Assembly (NCBI GenBank): GCA_963674945.2
Contig: CAXXWQ010000003.1
Location: 1,664,001-1,728,000, forward strand
Source: an uncultured Desulfosarcina sp.
Lineage (GTDB): Bacteria; Desulfobacterota; Desulfobacteria; Desulfobacterales; Desulfosarcinaceae
Reading direction: 5' to 3'
Length of the DNA: 64,000 bases
Shown: piece by piece, positions 8,870-18,754 of the stretch
How positions within the stretch are numbered: the first letter of the stretch is position 1
How the letters are laid out: the number at the start of each line of letters is the position of its first letter
The notes under the pieces: generated by a model
The model's input: only the letters and a program-made list of their open reading frames with translations
What the model was told of the DNA's origin: nothing
The model's database searches: none
Position numbers and translations under genes: made by a program

Positions 8870-10228
8870 TTACAGGATCATCGGCATTTCATATTTAAAC
8901 TCAACCCAGATGCTATTTCTTTTACGCACGTCCTCACTATCGAAAACATCTTCAGAACTATGTTGATATCTATAGCGCAAATACATGCTAAAATTTTCCG
9001 TCAACCGATAAAACACGAAAGGTTGAATTTCGAAATAACGGGAGTTATCGACCTTGTCTTCTCTGTCGAAGGGGTCATAACTTATGACAATCCGGCCATC
9101 TATGCCTGCGCCGAACAGTTTGGTGATAAGATAATTATAATTTAAATACAAATTATCTACATTGATATTCTCGCCGTCCGCAGTAGTTGAAAGATCGTGT
9201 GAATAAAGAAGTTGAAGTGTAGAAACAAGCCCTTGGTGCGTCAGGCTCAGGTGCCCTCTGGCTCCCCACGTGCCATCTTTGTCTCCGTTTTTCTCCTCTA
9301 CGTGCGTATACCGTGCACCAATGGCTGCAAGGGATTTGGTAATATCACTCCATCGTCGTTCCCATCCCAAATCGAATGAATAAGAATCGGCATCGTTGAG
9401 ATCGTTTTTTCTATAGTAGTAGGCAGGACCAAGTGAAAGCACGTCCCGTTGGGTCTTCAGGTGATGCTGGTAGTACAGGTGTACCCAATGGCTGGAAGTA
9501 ACGGGATACAGATCATCTTCATAAGTTGAACGATTGTATTGATATTCCGTATCGATGTATGAGACTGTTGATATTGCATACGTGAGACCGCCTTTGGCAT
9601 CGAAATAATCCCGGTCTAGTCTATCAATAACCCGACCTGTTTCCTCCAGGTAGGTGTTTAGTGTCGTGTCTTTGATATAACGAATATCTGCCCGTGTATT
9701 CCAGCGTTGCCCCAAATCATGATTACCGACCAGCCAATAATCATGATCTACCCGATCCAAATCATCCTCATCCAAATAATGCAGAAAATCCCAGTTGGCG
9801 GTCACATTAAGTTCGGTTAACGGCGATTCGTAACGATATTCCAACCCCGGTTCCACGTCGATAAGGTAGGAGTCCAACTTATTTGGATCATCCTCTGGAG
9901 TATATAACAGGTTGTCGTCGTACCCTCCGTACAACCCGATCTTTGGTATTATCCACTGCTCTGCTGCGAGTGAATTGGCCGGGAAAGGAATGACCAGTAA
10001 AACAAAAATGGCGAAAGTAAAAATCTGTTTGGCACAAAATTGTATTGATATCTTCTCAAAAAAACAAAAAGAATCAATTAAAGAGTATTGTTCATATAGT
10101 TTTATATTGCAACTGCTCTGTTGACCATCCTTAGGAGTTATCCTATTCATTATTGGTTGCATCCTTTGGCCGCTAACTTTTTTAATGTGCCATTTACATT
10201 TATCTTTAAATCGAATTTCCTGAACCAA
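8870..10228 (-). CDS. Outer-membrane beta-barrel protein associated with polysaccharide export (start uncertain)
   Basis: Signal-peptide-like segment ending SLA-AEQW, YDDN motif, alternating aromatic beta strands, C-terminal WVEFKYE; adjacent to OPX/PCP/kinase genes. Confidence 0.78.
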   Translation of the reverse strand: MVQEIRFKDKCKWHIKKVSGQRMQPIMNRITPKDGQQSSCNIKLYEQYSLIDSFCFFEKISIQFCAKQIFTFAIFVLLVIPFPANSLAAEQWIIPKIGLYGGYDDNLLYTPEDDPNKLDSYLIDVEPGLEYRYESPLTELNVTANWDFLHYLDEDDLDRVDHDYWLVGNHDLGQRWNTRADIRYIKDTTLNTYLEETGRVIDRLDRDYFDAKGGLTYAISTVSYIDTEYQYNRSTYEDDLYPVTSSHWVHLYYQHHLKTQRDVLSLGPAYYYRKNDLNDADSYSFDLGWERRWSDITKSLAAIGARYTHVEEKNGDKDGTWGARGHLSLTHQGLVSTLQLLYSHDLSTTADGENINVDNLYLNYNYLITKLFGAGIDGRIVISYDPFDREDKVDNSRYFEIQPFVFYRLTENFSMYLRYRYQHSSEDVFDSEDVRKRNSIWVEFKYEMPMIL

Positions 10229-10245
10229 GGCAGAAAATTTGTGGA

Positions 10246-11283
10246 CTATCCCCTGTTCTTATTTAAAACAACACCCAAAACATTGACTTCTTGTAAATAT
10301 TCCATCATCTTCTTGACCTGTTCAGAGGATGTTTTCTCTGATTCGATTACTGGTATAACACCATCAACATAACGATACAATATCATTGCGTCGGGGTAGC
10401 GCAGAATCGCTGGCCCATCCAAAATCACCAACCGATCTGATGGATAACGGCTTTTAATCTCATCCATCATATTTTCCATTCTGACTGAATTCAAAAGCTC
10501 CGGAGAGTTGTCTACAGGAACACCGCCAGGTATTAAAGTAAGTTTATCGATTCCCGGGTTGATCAGGATTTCTTCAATTTCGGCATCACCTTCCAAATAA
10601 TCAGTCAGCCCTTTATCTACATCTAAGGAAAAAAATTCAGTTGCAAAATCTGTGTGTTCTTTTAATGGGCGACGAATGTCAGCATCGATAATCAATACAG
10701 TTCTATCAAACTCTTTAGCGATACTGATACCAAGATTAATACTGGTAAATGTCTTTCCTTCACAAGGATTCGCACTGGTAACAAGAATGCTATTTCCACC
10801 GATTTTCTTTAATTTTCTCAGAACTTGTGTTCGAAGTATTTTGAACTGATTCGTCGTTTCCATATCTTCAAAGATGGAAACGACCCTATTATTTCTCAGA
10901 TTTTCGGGATCATTGGTTTGAATTTTTGTTTTCGAATAGCTAAAGTTAACCCTCTTTTTCGTACTATTGGTATGTGAAGATTTTACGGTATCATTGCGTG
11001 TGAAACGTTGAGATTCTGTGCTTTGATCCGTCACCTGCGATGCTTGACCGCCTCCTGATGATGAAAAACGATCAATTTCACCATCACTTTTTTCTTTTTT
11101 ACCACCTACGACCTGATATTTCTGATTTGACTCCATGACTCTATTTGAAATCCTGTCATTGAATTGTTCAATATCAGTTCCCATTTTGATCTTCTGGTCA
11201 GTAACCTGCTGTCCTTCCGATGTTTTCTGTTGAAGTTTTTTATTGTTGTCTGCTTTTTGAAGTGCTTTAAAAATCTTTCCCAT
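10246..11283 (-). CDS. CpsD/CapB-family BY-kinase-like ATPase
   Basis: QFKILRT, Walker A SANPCEGKT, A' IIDADIRRP, Walker B VILDGP, GVVLNK. Confidence 0.9.
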   Translation of the reverse strand: MGKIFKALQKADNNKKLQQKTSEGQQVTDQKIKMGTDIEQFNDRISNRVMESNQKYQVVGGKKEKSDGEIDRFSSSGGGQASQVTDQSTESQRFTRNDTVKSSHTNSTKKRVNFSYSKTKIQTNDPENLRNNRVVSIFEDMETTNQFKILRTQVLRKLKKIGGNSILVTSANPCEGKTFTSINLGISIAKEFDRTVLIIDADIRRPLKEHTDFATEFFSLDVDKGLTDYLEGDAEIEEILINPGIDKLTLIPGGVPVDNSPELLNSVRMENMMDEIKSRYPSDRLVILDGPAILRYPDAMILYRYVDGVIPVIESEKTSSEQVKKMMEYLQEVNVLGVVLNKNRG

Positions 11284-11314
11284 TTTATCGTCCCATTAAG
11301 ATGTGGTTCAATCT

Positions 11315-13099
11315 TTAGTTATAGTAATTGAGTGGATTGTTATCATCTTTCGCCTTCTTAATCGGCACTCCAACTTCAATTAACCTCTCTTCAAATTTTG
11401 CCCATAGCTCTCCGATGGGCATAACATACCAATTAATAACGAGAGTTAATGCTAATATAAAAAATACTGCATTGGCAGCGATCATCAGGCGTTTTATTTT
11501 TCTTTCACGTTTTTGTTTTGGCGAATCATAAAAAGAAACGGATGCAAGCACAGGTACACCGGCAATTGTTTCCAACTCATTGGTTTGTTTAACGGATGTA
11601 TCCAACCCTTCCAGTAACGCAGAAATTAAGATACCACACCCGATGCTTAAAACAAATCCCATCATTATAATAATTAATCTCTTTGGCTTGTTCGGCTTGT
11701 CGGGCAGAGTTGCACGGGAATCGATACGAAACCGTTCACCTCTTTCCGACGTATCCATTTCCTGAGCAATCTTTGCCGAATGCAGCTTATTGGAAACTTC
11801 ATTGAATTTTTGTTTGGCGTTTTGATAATCCAATGTCAGGGCGTTAAATTCTTCATCTATGAATGGAGCTCTTTCCAGTTTCTTCTGGTAATCTTCCAAT
11901 TTCCTCTTGACCTTGATTCGTTCTTCCCGCAATGCATTCATCTCAGATTCGGCAACGATGATCTGAGCTTTTATGTTCATATACCCTGGATTATCTGCGT
12001 TTTCTTCGTCGATATCCTTATCGATTCGTGCATCACTGATTTGCTGCCTCAGCAGTGCAGCTTCTCTTTTAAGCCGAATGACATCCGGGTGTTTATCTCC
12101 ATAGGCACCTCGTTTTTCTGCGAGCTCTTTTTCCACAATGCTGAGACGGTTTATTTTCTCAGAAGTGCTGCTCTTTTGTCCAATTTGCTCCTCTAGCTCC
12201 TTTATTTCACTTTTAATTCTGATGATATCAGGATGCCTATCCGACAAATTTGCCTGCATACGAATCAACTGCAGTCTGAGATATTTTAATCGGTTATTCG
12301 GGTTATTGGCAACCTCTCCCTCTTCTGTTAAAATAGGGATCATAGGGTCAATGTTTGAAATCTGGCTTTTTAGATAGATTATCTTTTCTTGATTTGTTCG
12401 AATCTGCGCTTCAATTTTATCCAGGTCCTGTTCCAATCGAAAAATCGTTTGATTGAAAACTGATGTGGATCCAGGCAATTGTTCAATATTTCTTGCTTTA
12501 AAGTTGCTTATTTTCTCTTCATAAAATGTAACCAGCCGCCTTAGCTCCTCAAGTTCCTTTTGGAGAAACAAAGTGGTCGTAGTTGCTTGTTCGAGTCGAC
12601 TCTTTTGGTCTTCCTCTACATACAAATTTGCCAGGACATCAGTTATCCTTTTTGCCATTTTGGCGTTTTTGTGCTCATAAGACAAAGTAAATGCGATTGT
12701 TGCAGACCCAACACTGGTTGATTTTCTGTTTCGCAAGGCAACATCGACCGTTTTAAGCTCGATGTCTTTTTTCATCCTTTCGACCATTTCTAAGTCAGTA
12801 TCAAGATCTGGATATAGATTATATTCTTTAATGATCTCTAACAACTTCTGATAACTAAGTAACTTTTTGGTCAGCAGTTCCAATCTCTCACTTACATAGG
12901 TTGTTATGGTGGATTTAACGTACTCTTCAGGTATTTCCTGATTTTCAACGACAATCATTATTTCTGATTTATATATAGGTGGAAGTACAAGGGCGATGAT
13001 AAAAACGGTAATGAATATAAATGCGGATGACAAAAAAAATATTTTTTTCCGGCGACGTATGATTCCCTTAACTTCTAGTTTTCCAATTTCAACAGACAT
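11315..13099 (-). CDS. Polysaccharide co-polymerase (GumC/Wzc N-terminal-like)
   Basis: N-terminal TM + PPIYKS, coiled coils with two HPD(I/V) repeats, RFRIDSRATLPDKP..P before a TM helix. Confidence 0.9.
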   Translation of the reverse strand: MSVEIGKLEVKGIIRRRKKIFFLSSAFIFITVFIIALVLPPIYKSEIMIVVENQEIPEEYVKSTITTYVSERLELLTKKLLSYQKLLEIIKEYNLYPDLDTDLEMVERMKKDIELKTVDVALRNRKSTSVGSATIAFTLSYEHKNAKMAKRITDVLANLYVEEDQKSRLEQATTTTLFLQKELEELRRLVTFYEEKISNFKARNIEQLPGSTSVFNQTIFRLEQDLDKIEAQIRTNQEKIIYLKSQISNIDPMIPILTEEGEVANNPNNRLKYLRLQLIRMQANLSDRHPDIIRIKSEIKELEEQIGQKSSTSEKINRLSIVEKELAEKRGAYGDKHPDVIRLKREAALLRQQISDARIDKDIDEENADNPGYMNIKAQIIVAESEMNALREERIKVKRKLEDYQKKLERAPFIDEEFNALTLDYQNAKQKFNEVSNKLHSAKIAQEMDTSERGERFRIDSRATLPDKPNKPKRLIIIMMGFVLSIGCGILISALLEGLDTSVKQTNELETIAGVPVLASVSFYDSPKQKRERKIKRLMIAANAVFFILALTLVINWYVMPIGELWAKFEERLIEVGVPIKKAKDDNNPLNYYN

Positions 13100-13223
13100 T
13101 CAGTTGTTCCTCTTATTTCAAATTCTTAAGGACCATTTTCTTCTGGTCACATCATTAACTTTTATGGCGATTGAATAGCTTCCAAAATTTTTAATCAATA
13201 TTCTTGTTTCAAGATTACTATCG

Positions 13224-13778
13224 TCATGGTACGACAATAACATCTCCACTCCGAATCAAGATATCTTGATTCAAGTTATTTCCCTTTAAGACTTCTTTAT
13301 AATCAAATCCAATCTTTTCAATTTTATTTTTTCCATATCGCAGGATATGAATATCACGCTCTGCAGCGAAAGGGGTCAATCCCTTCGCCATCGCAAGCAT
13401 CTGCATTACATGCGTTTCCAGCGTAATGGGAAAACCACCAGGATTATTGACTTGCCCGATGACATAGGCATTTAAACTGTTTATTTCTTTTACCATCACT
13501 GCAACAGATACATCAGGTATGAATTCGGTGAGCTTCGTTGTAATTACATACCGAATCTCTGACACGGACATGTTGTTTACATTAATGTCCCCAATTAGAG
13601 GGTACGATAAAATTCCATCGGGTGTGATCACCAGTTCGCGACTGAGGTTTTCATCTCGCCACACGGAAACTTCAAGAACATCTCCCGGTCCCACTTTGAA
13701 TGATTCGGCGCATACATCAGAATTCACGGCGAAAATGGCTATCATCGTGGCGATGAACAACAAAACCAAATTTTTCAT
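13224..13778 (-). CDS. Short OPX (Wza-family) polysaccharide export protein, Poly_export + one SLBB domain
   Basis: Start MKNLV after GGAGG; GPGDVLEVSVW, PDGILSYPLIG, YVIGQV..PG, GDVIVVP; 184 aa. Confidence 0.92.
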   Translation of the reverse strand: MKNLVLLFIATMIAIFAVNSDVCAESFKVGPGDVLEVSVWRDENLSRELVITPDGILSYPLIGDINVNNMSVSEIRYVITTKLTEFIPDVSVAVMVKEINSLNAYVIGQVNNPGGFPITLETHVMQMLAMAKGLTPFAAERDIHILRYGKNKIEKIGFDYKEVLKGNNLNQDILIRSGDVIVVP

Positions 13779-13866
13779 TTTTGTTTCCTCCGACGGTTCT
13801 CGGTCGACGGACCGCATTGCGAATGAGGGTGAGTCGGCGTTAACGACCGCATTAATTGGCGGATCG

Positions 13867-13884
13867 TGTAAATTATGGTTTACA
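13867..13884. promoter_or_regulatory. Palindromic site TGTAAA-N6-TTTACA
   Basis: TGTAAATTATGGTTTACA in the intergenic gap upstream of the OPX gene; same form as the TyrR/NtrC-family box. Confidence 0.5.
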
Positions 13885-13938
13885 TCCAAAACGACAATTC
13901 TGAAGATAATACCATCCGGCTTCCGTTATCGTATATGG

Positions 13939-15576
13939 TTAAATTCCCAAAAAATAGCTTTTGATTCCAATTACGAAAATTGCGATGGAAAAAGGCAAAC
14001 CAAGCCTCTTTTTTCGGGTCTCACCCACCAAGACTTCATAGCTATAGTACAAAATGACTGCCTTCACGGCAACCAATCCCAAATGATACCCTTTGATGGC
14101 GGCACCGGGAAGATTTGGAATCAAAAGAATCACGAAAATGACGAGAAAATCTAACGTCGAACTTTTAAAACCATTTGCCCGGCGCGTCAGCCGCATCGTG
14201 AAAAAGACCGCTACCAGAAGCACTAGATAAAGCAGGTTATAGGTAATAATAAATGTGGGGTCCACATACATGTATAGCCCTTGATCGCAATGGTAAATAA
14301 TAAAAGGCGTTAGCAGATAGAGCCCCAATTTAATCAATCGATCCAAGAAAGGCTTTTTCAGAAACCATTCGATCGCCAGCAATGCCAAAAAGAAAATTGA
14401 ATAGATGAAATAATATCGCCCGCCCGGTGATGGAAACAGCGCGTTGAACAACAAGAGAGATGGCACCCCATATTTTACGATTCCGAAGGCGATCTTTATG
14501 GCCTGCCCACGATCCTTTAAGGGTTGCAACCTGGCTTTGATTTTATTTAGGAACAGATCACGGTTGACGCGATAGCCCGTTTTTTCGAAAAAATGGGACG
14601 ACACCAATACCGTAATTGAAAAACATAGATAAAAGGATAAAATCAGCCAGTCGTTGAGTTGATGATAGACGATGGCGAACGTTATCAGCAGGGATTGCGC
14701 TACATAAATTACGAGAACCGCTTCGGTATGAAAAAATCCGATCTCTATCAGTTGATGGTGAAAGTGGGTCCGATCTGCAGCAAAAGGGGACCGCCCCTTT
14801 GCCAATCTCTTTATCATCACCGTGAGTGTGTCCAATATAGGCAAACCAATGATGATTAAGGGTAACAGGACACTGAGCCTGTCTGATTGTTGCGTCAGCT
14901 TTATGGACAACATAATAGCTACGAACCCAAGCAGCTGACTGCCTGCATCACCCATAAACAACTGTGCTGGATGGCTATTGAACCGTAAAAAACCAAAAAC
15001 TGCACCGCCGATGGCAATGCACGCCATCGTCACATACCAATCTTTTTCGATCGCACCCAAATACCCGATGCAAAGAAAAATCAGAAGTGCTATGCCACCG
15101 GCCAATCCGTCGAGTCCGTCAGACAGATTGGTAGCATTGGTCACGCCAATGATGACGACGATAGTCAGGGGAATGACCAACCATTGGGGCATCGCGAAAC
15201 CAGCGGGCAAGAGGTTTCCAAAATCAGCGATCCGAATCCCCCCAACAAAGATAGCGACGATGGCGGCCAAGAACTGGCCAAGCAGTTTCATATAGGGACT
15301 CAGGTCTTTAATATCATCGGCAATACCAAATAATACGATGATCAATGTACCGATTAACAGCGACTTGTTGAAATCTGTCATCGGCGCCCACAACACCAGA
15401 GGGGTCATGGCACCGACAGCCATGGCCATTCCCCCACACTTGGGCATTTCCTGTTCATGAATTTTGCGCTGGTTCGGCCTGTCAACAGCCTGTAGCCGAC
15501 AGGCCAATTCTCGCGTGTAGGGCATCAGCGCAATGGTGACGACGATTGAAATTAGTAATGTAGTTAAAAATAGCAT
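13939..15576 (-). CDS. wecA: WecA/MraY-family undecaprenyl-phosphate HexNAc-1-phosphate transferase with C-terminal membrane extension
   Basis: RKIH, GIADD, NATNLSDGLDGL, FMGDAGS, DRTHFHH motifs. Confidence 0.88.
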   Translation of the reverse strand: MLFLTTLLISIVVTIALMPYTRELACRLQAVDRPNQRKIHEQEMPKCGGMAMAVGAMTPLVLWAPMTDFNKSLLIGTLIIVLFGIADDIKDLSPYMKLLGQFLAAIVAIFVGGIRIADFGNLLPAGFAMPQWLVIPLTIVVIIGVTNATNLSDGLDGLAGGIALLIFLCIGYLGAIEKDWYVTMACIAIGGAVFGFLRFNSHPAQLFMGDAGSQLLGFVAIMLSIKLTQQSDRLSVLLPLIIIGLPILDTLTVMIKRLAKGRSPFAADRTHFHHQLIEIGFFHTEAVLVIYVAQSLLITFAIVYHQLNDWLILSFYLCFSITVLVSSHFFEKTGYRVNRDLFLNKIKARLQPLKDRGQAIKIAFGIVKYGVPSLLLFNALFPSPGGRYYFIYSIFFLALLAIEWFLKKPFLDRLIKLGLYLLTPFIIYHCDQGLYMYVDPTFIITYNLLYLVLLVAVFFTMRLTRRANGFKSSTLDFLVIFVILLIPNLPGAAIKGYHLGLVAVKAVILYYSYEVLVGETRKKRLGLPFSIAIFVIGIKSYFLGI

Positions 15577-15653
15577 GAAAAAAATCTTAGTTCTAAGAAT
15601 TTGTATCCCTAAGTAAGTATCACAATGCCTTTTGCAAATCTGCTTCTGACCAC

Positions 15654-15670
15654 AGCAATTATTATACCAG
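15654..15670 (-). promoter_or_regulatory. Sigma-54 (-24/-12) promoter motif upstream of wecA
   Basis: Minus strand CTGGTATAATAATTGCT = GG-N10-GC, 78 bp above the start. Confidence 0.6.
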
Positions 15671-15922
15671 CGTGACGGCCTATAAATAATGGAACGAAAA
15701 AATTAATTTGGTCGTAATTATATATAGATATAGATGAATTATGCAACATTCTTTGTAAAAACAATTGGTGCCATCAGGACTACCTATGTACTGTATTACA
15801 CATTTTTAGAGAAAATCATTCGCTTATTGAAAAAAAACCATCGAAAAAATAGTAAAATTTCCTGGTTTCTTACTTTTCACCTGTTTCCGTGGCACAAAAC
15901 CTGATTAAAACACTATAACCAA

Positions 15923-15951
15923 TTGATAAAACATATATATTATGGTAATAT
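15923..15951 (+). promoter_or_regulatory. Putative sigma-70 promoter of the transposase
   Basis: TTGATA-N17-TAATAT with TG extension, then GGAGG at the GTG start. Confidence 0.45.
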
Positions 15952-15977
15952 TAGGGCACTAAACGCTCACTTCGGAG

Positions 15978-17348
15978 GTGAAATCAATGCGGCGTCCGAT
16001 CACCATAAAACACGAGATGGAAAAACTTGCCAGTCATAGCGGATTGATCAATATCGGCGCATTACTTGATGCGATAAATTTCAGGTTCCGTTTCGAAAAG
16101 ATCAACGGCGTCCATTGTGTAGACCCGAAAATTTCTCATGGTGACATTTTAGCTTCGATGATTGCTCTCATGAGTATTGGTAAACCTGATTACGATGCGA
16201 TCGAGATTTTTCGTGAGAAGCAAGAATTTTTCAACAAGGCCATTGGCAATCGTGCATGCCCGTCAAGCCCGACATTGCGTCAGCGAATCGATTTGATCGG
16301 CAACCAAGCCGATAAGCTGATTAAGGATGCAGGCGTTGATTTGGTTCGATCCTGCGCTCCGGCGATTTCACCCATCCAAACCAGTGCGGGTGATTTCCTT
16401 CCTTTGGATATGGATGTGAGTCCGTTTGACAACTCAAAGACTCAAAAGGAAGGCGTTTCCAGAACCTACAAAGGCACGGATGGCTTCGCTCCGATCTTTG
16501 CCTACCTGGGCACCGAGGGGTATCTGGTGAATCTTGAGTTCAGAGAAGGAAAACAACACTGCCAGAAAAACACCCCCGAATTTATCAACGCCACCTTGGA
16601 TTATGCCAGGCAAATTACCGATCAGCCTATTTTGATGAGGTTGGATTCAGGAAACGACAGTCAAGACAACTTTCCTGACGATTCACGAAAGAATGTCCAC
16701 TTTATCATCAAACGCAATTTGCGTAGAGAATCTGTTCAAAAGTGGGTTGATCTGGCAAAAAAATCCGGCAAGCAACAGCATTGCCGCTCAGGAAAATGTG
16801 TATGGATCGGAAAGACGATTGAAGACATCAACGGCAATCCATTGCGCTACCCAATCATCTTTGAGGTTACCGAAAGGCATACCAAAAAGGGCCAAGTACT
16901 GCTGTTCCCCGAGTATCAGATCGATACCTATTGGTGCAGCCTCGCACAGTTGCCACCGGATGAGGTGATTCGACTTTATCACGATCACGGTACCAGCGAG
17001 CAGTTTCACTCCGAACTCAAATCCGACATGGGCCTGGAGCGCTTGCCGAGCGGTCATTTTTCCACCAATAGCTTGATTCTTCATTTGGCGATGCTGACGT
17101 ACAACATGCTACGGATTATCGGACAAATCAGCATCGAAGAGAGTGATCCGACTGAATTGCCCGGTATACGCCGGAAGAAAGTTACCCGGCGTCGAATCCG
17201 GACAGTCATGCAGGACTTGATGTATATGGCCGGTCGATTAGTAACCAGAAGTAGAAAATGGTACATATCCTTTGGCCAACTCAATCCATTTTCCAAACTG
17301 ATGGATCGGATTTATCTTCGTCTGAATTTGCTTTCCGCTATGAAGTAG
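15978..17348 (+). CDS. IS1380-family DDE transposase
   Basis: PSSPTLRQR, LDMDVS, RLDSG, YHDHGTSEQFHSELK, RLPSG.F..N; intact 456 aa. Confidence 0.95.
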   Translation: MKSMRRPITIKHEMEKLASHSGLINIGALLDAINFRFRFEKINGVHCVDPKISHGDILASMIALMSIGKPDYDAIEIFREKQEFFNKAIGNRACPSSPTLRQRIDLIGNQADKLIKDAGVDLVRSCAPAISPIQTSAGDFLPLDMDVSPFDNSKTQKEGVSRTYKGTDGFAPIFAYLGTEGYLVNLEFREGKQHCQKNTPEFINATLDYARQITDQPILMRLDSGNDSQDNFPDDSRKNVHFIIKRNLRRESVQKWVDLAKKSGKQQHCRSGKCVWIGKTIEDINGNPLRYPIIFEVTERHTKKGQVLLFPEYQIDTYWCSLAQLPPDEVIRLYHDHGTSEQFHSELKSDMGLERLPSGHFSTNSLILHLAMLTYNMLRIIGQISIEESDPTELPGIRRKKVTRRRIRTVMQDLMYMAGRLVTRSRKWYISFGQLNPFSKLMDRIYLRLNLLSAMK

Positions 17349-17530
17349 CTATAATTTTTAAAAGAACAATTTTACAGGCATTTGCTTGGTGATTTGCTAT
17401 GGCTAAAGAATGAGAAACAGGAGCAAAATTCCTTCGAAATTTGAAAATAGTGAGAAAAATTATCAACAAATGATGGTGTGTGAGGCAATCGCCCCGCGCC
17501 AATCCTAACAGCAAAAATTAGGCCACTGAT

Positions 17531-18646
17531 TCAGGTTTTCAATGATAGAAAATACTTTACGCCAATATTTAGATTTTTGATATAAGAATCAATCGTGTAC
17601 TTTTTAACATAAATTTCTCTACCAGCATTGCCCATCTTTTTCCTTAACTTCGAATCATTGATCAACAATAAAACTCGTTCTGTTAATTCTTCAATATCCC
17701 CGGGTTCAACAATAAAACCATTGATACCATTTAATACTACCTCAGGTATACTGCCTTCATTTGTAGAAACAATCGGAACTCCAGCGCGCATTGCTTCAAG
17801 GTTGACCAGTCCAAAAGCCTCGTCTTTGGTTGGAAAAACAAATATGTCATTTTTCGCGAATAAGGTTTCTTTTTCATGTCCATAAATAGGCCCTGTCATT
17901 GTTATGAAATCATTCAGTCGTTCATTTTTTATAAATTCGGTAAGTTCTCTAAAATGCAAATCAGACATTTTCGGACCCGCCAAATAAAAATGGATGTTTT
18001 TATTGACAGAAACAATTCTCTTGGCTGCTATTAAAAATTCCATGGGACCTTTCGATGGCATAAGGTTAGACAAGAATAAAATATTTACCGGTTGGTCCAC
18101 TGTATTAATATCAGAATTTTTTATAAACGCTGTATCGGAAACAGCATTGGGAAGAACAAACAAATTCTCATCAGGAATCAAATGATTCAAATCAGTTTTT
18201 AATCTTTCACCTAAAACAAAAGCACCCAATGATCGTGAGATCTCATTCTCAACTATAGTAAGTAAAGGACATGGTATAAAATTACCAAGATCTTTGACTC
18301 CTTTTGCATGCATATATAAAACATATTTTATATGAAAAAGTCTTAAAAGAAAAAGGAAAAACGTGTCAATGTAAATAGAGGGCGGTTTTTTGGATAAAAA
18401 ATAAAAACAAAGATCATATTTATTTTCAAATAGTTTTTTTATGAATATTGCGGTAATTATCGGTATTTTTAATATTTTGGAGATTGTAAGCCTTCGAACA
18501 TCCTCGATTTTTTTTGAAAATGTTTTCTCAATAACAACAATATCGCATCCATTTTTTTTAAGAGAGTGAACGAACATTTCCGTCATTAAGTTAGAGCCAT
18601 GATGTGGAGGTGGCAGTTGCCCTACGACTAAAATGCGAGGTTTCAA
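17531..18646 (-). CDS. GT4 glycosyltransferase (stop codon supplied by the IS end)
   Basis: GQLPPPHHG, FLSNL..SKG, EAFGLVNLEAM. Confidence 0.92.
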   Translation of the reverse strand: MKPRILVVGQLPPPHHGSNLMTEMFVHSLKKNGCDIVVIEKTFSKKIEDVRRLTISKILKIPIITAIFIKKLFENKYDLCFYFLSKKPPSIYIDTFFLFLLRLFHIKYVLYMHAKGVKDLGNFIPCPLLTIVENEISRSLGAFVLGERLKTDLNHLIPDENLFVLPNAVSDTAFIKNSDINTVDQPVNILFLSNLMPSKGPMEFLIAAKRIVSVNKNIHFYLAGPKMSDLHFRELTEFIKNERLNDFITMTGPIYGHEKETLFAKNDIFVFPTKDEAFGLVNLEAMRAGVPIVSTNEGSIPEVVLNGINGFIVEPGDIEELTERVLLLINDSKLRKKMGNAGREIYVKKYTIDSYIKNLNIGVKYFLSLKT

Positions 18647-18754
18647 TTTGATGCCTTTTTATTGTACCAGATACCGATCTATTGAATTAGTAATGAAAAA
18701 TTGGAGCGTTGCACAGATGGTATAAGCCTTTAATGAGGATGGCGTATCGCCTTT

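Larger units (their letters stand above)
15880..17535 (+). mobile_element. IS1380-family insertion sequence, 1656 bp
   Basis: Imperfect TIRs CCTGTTTCCGTGGC / GCCACTGATTCAGG; flanking direct repeat TTTTCA at 15874-15879 and 17536-17541. Confidence 0.88.
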
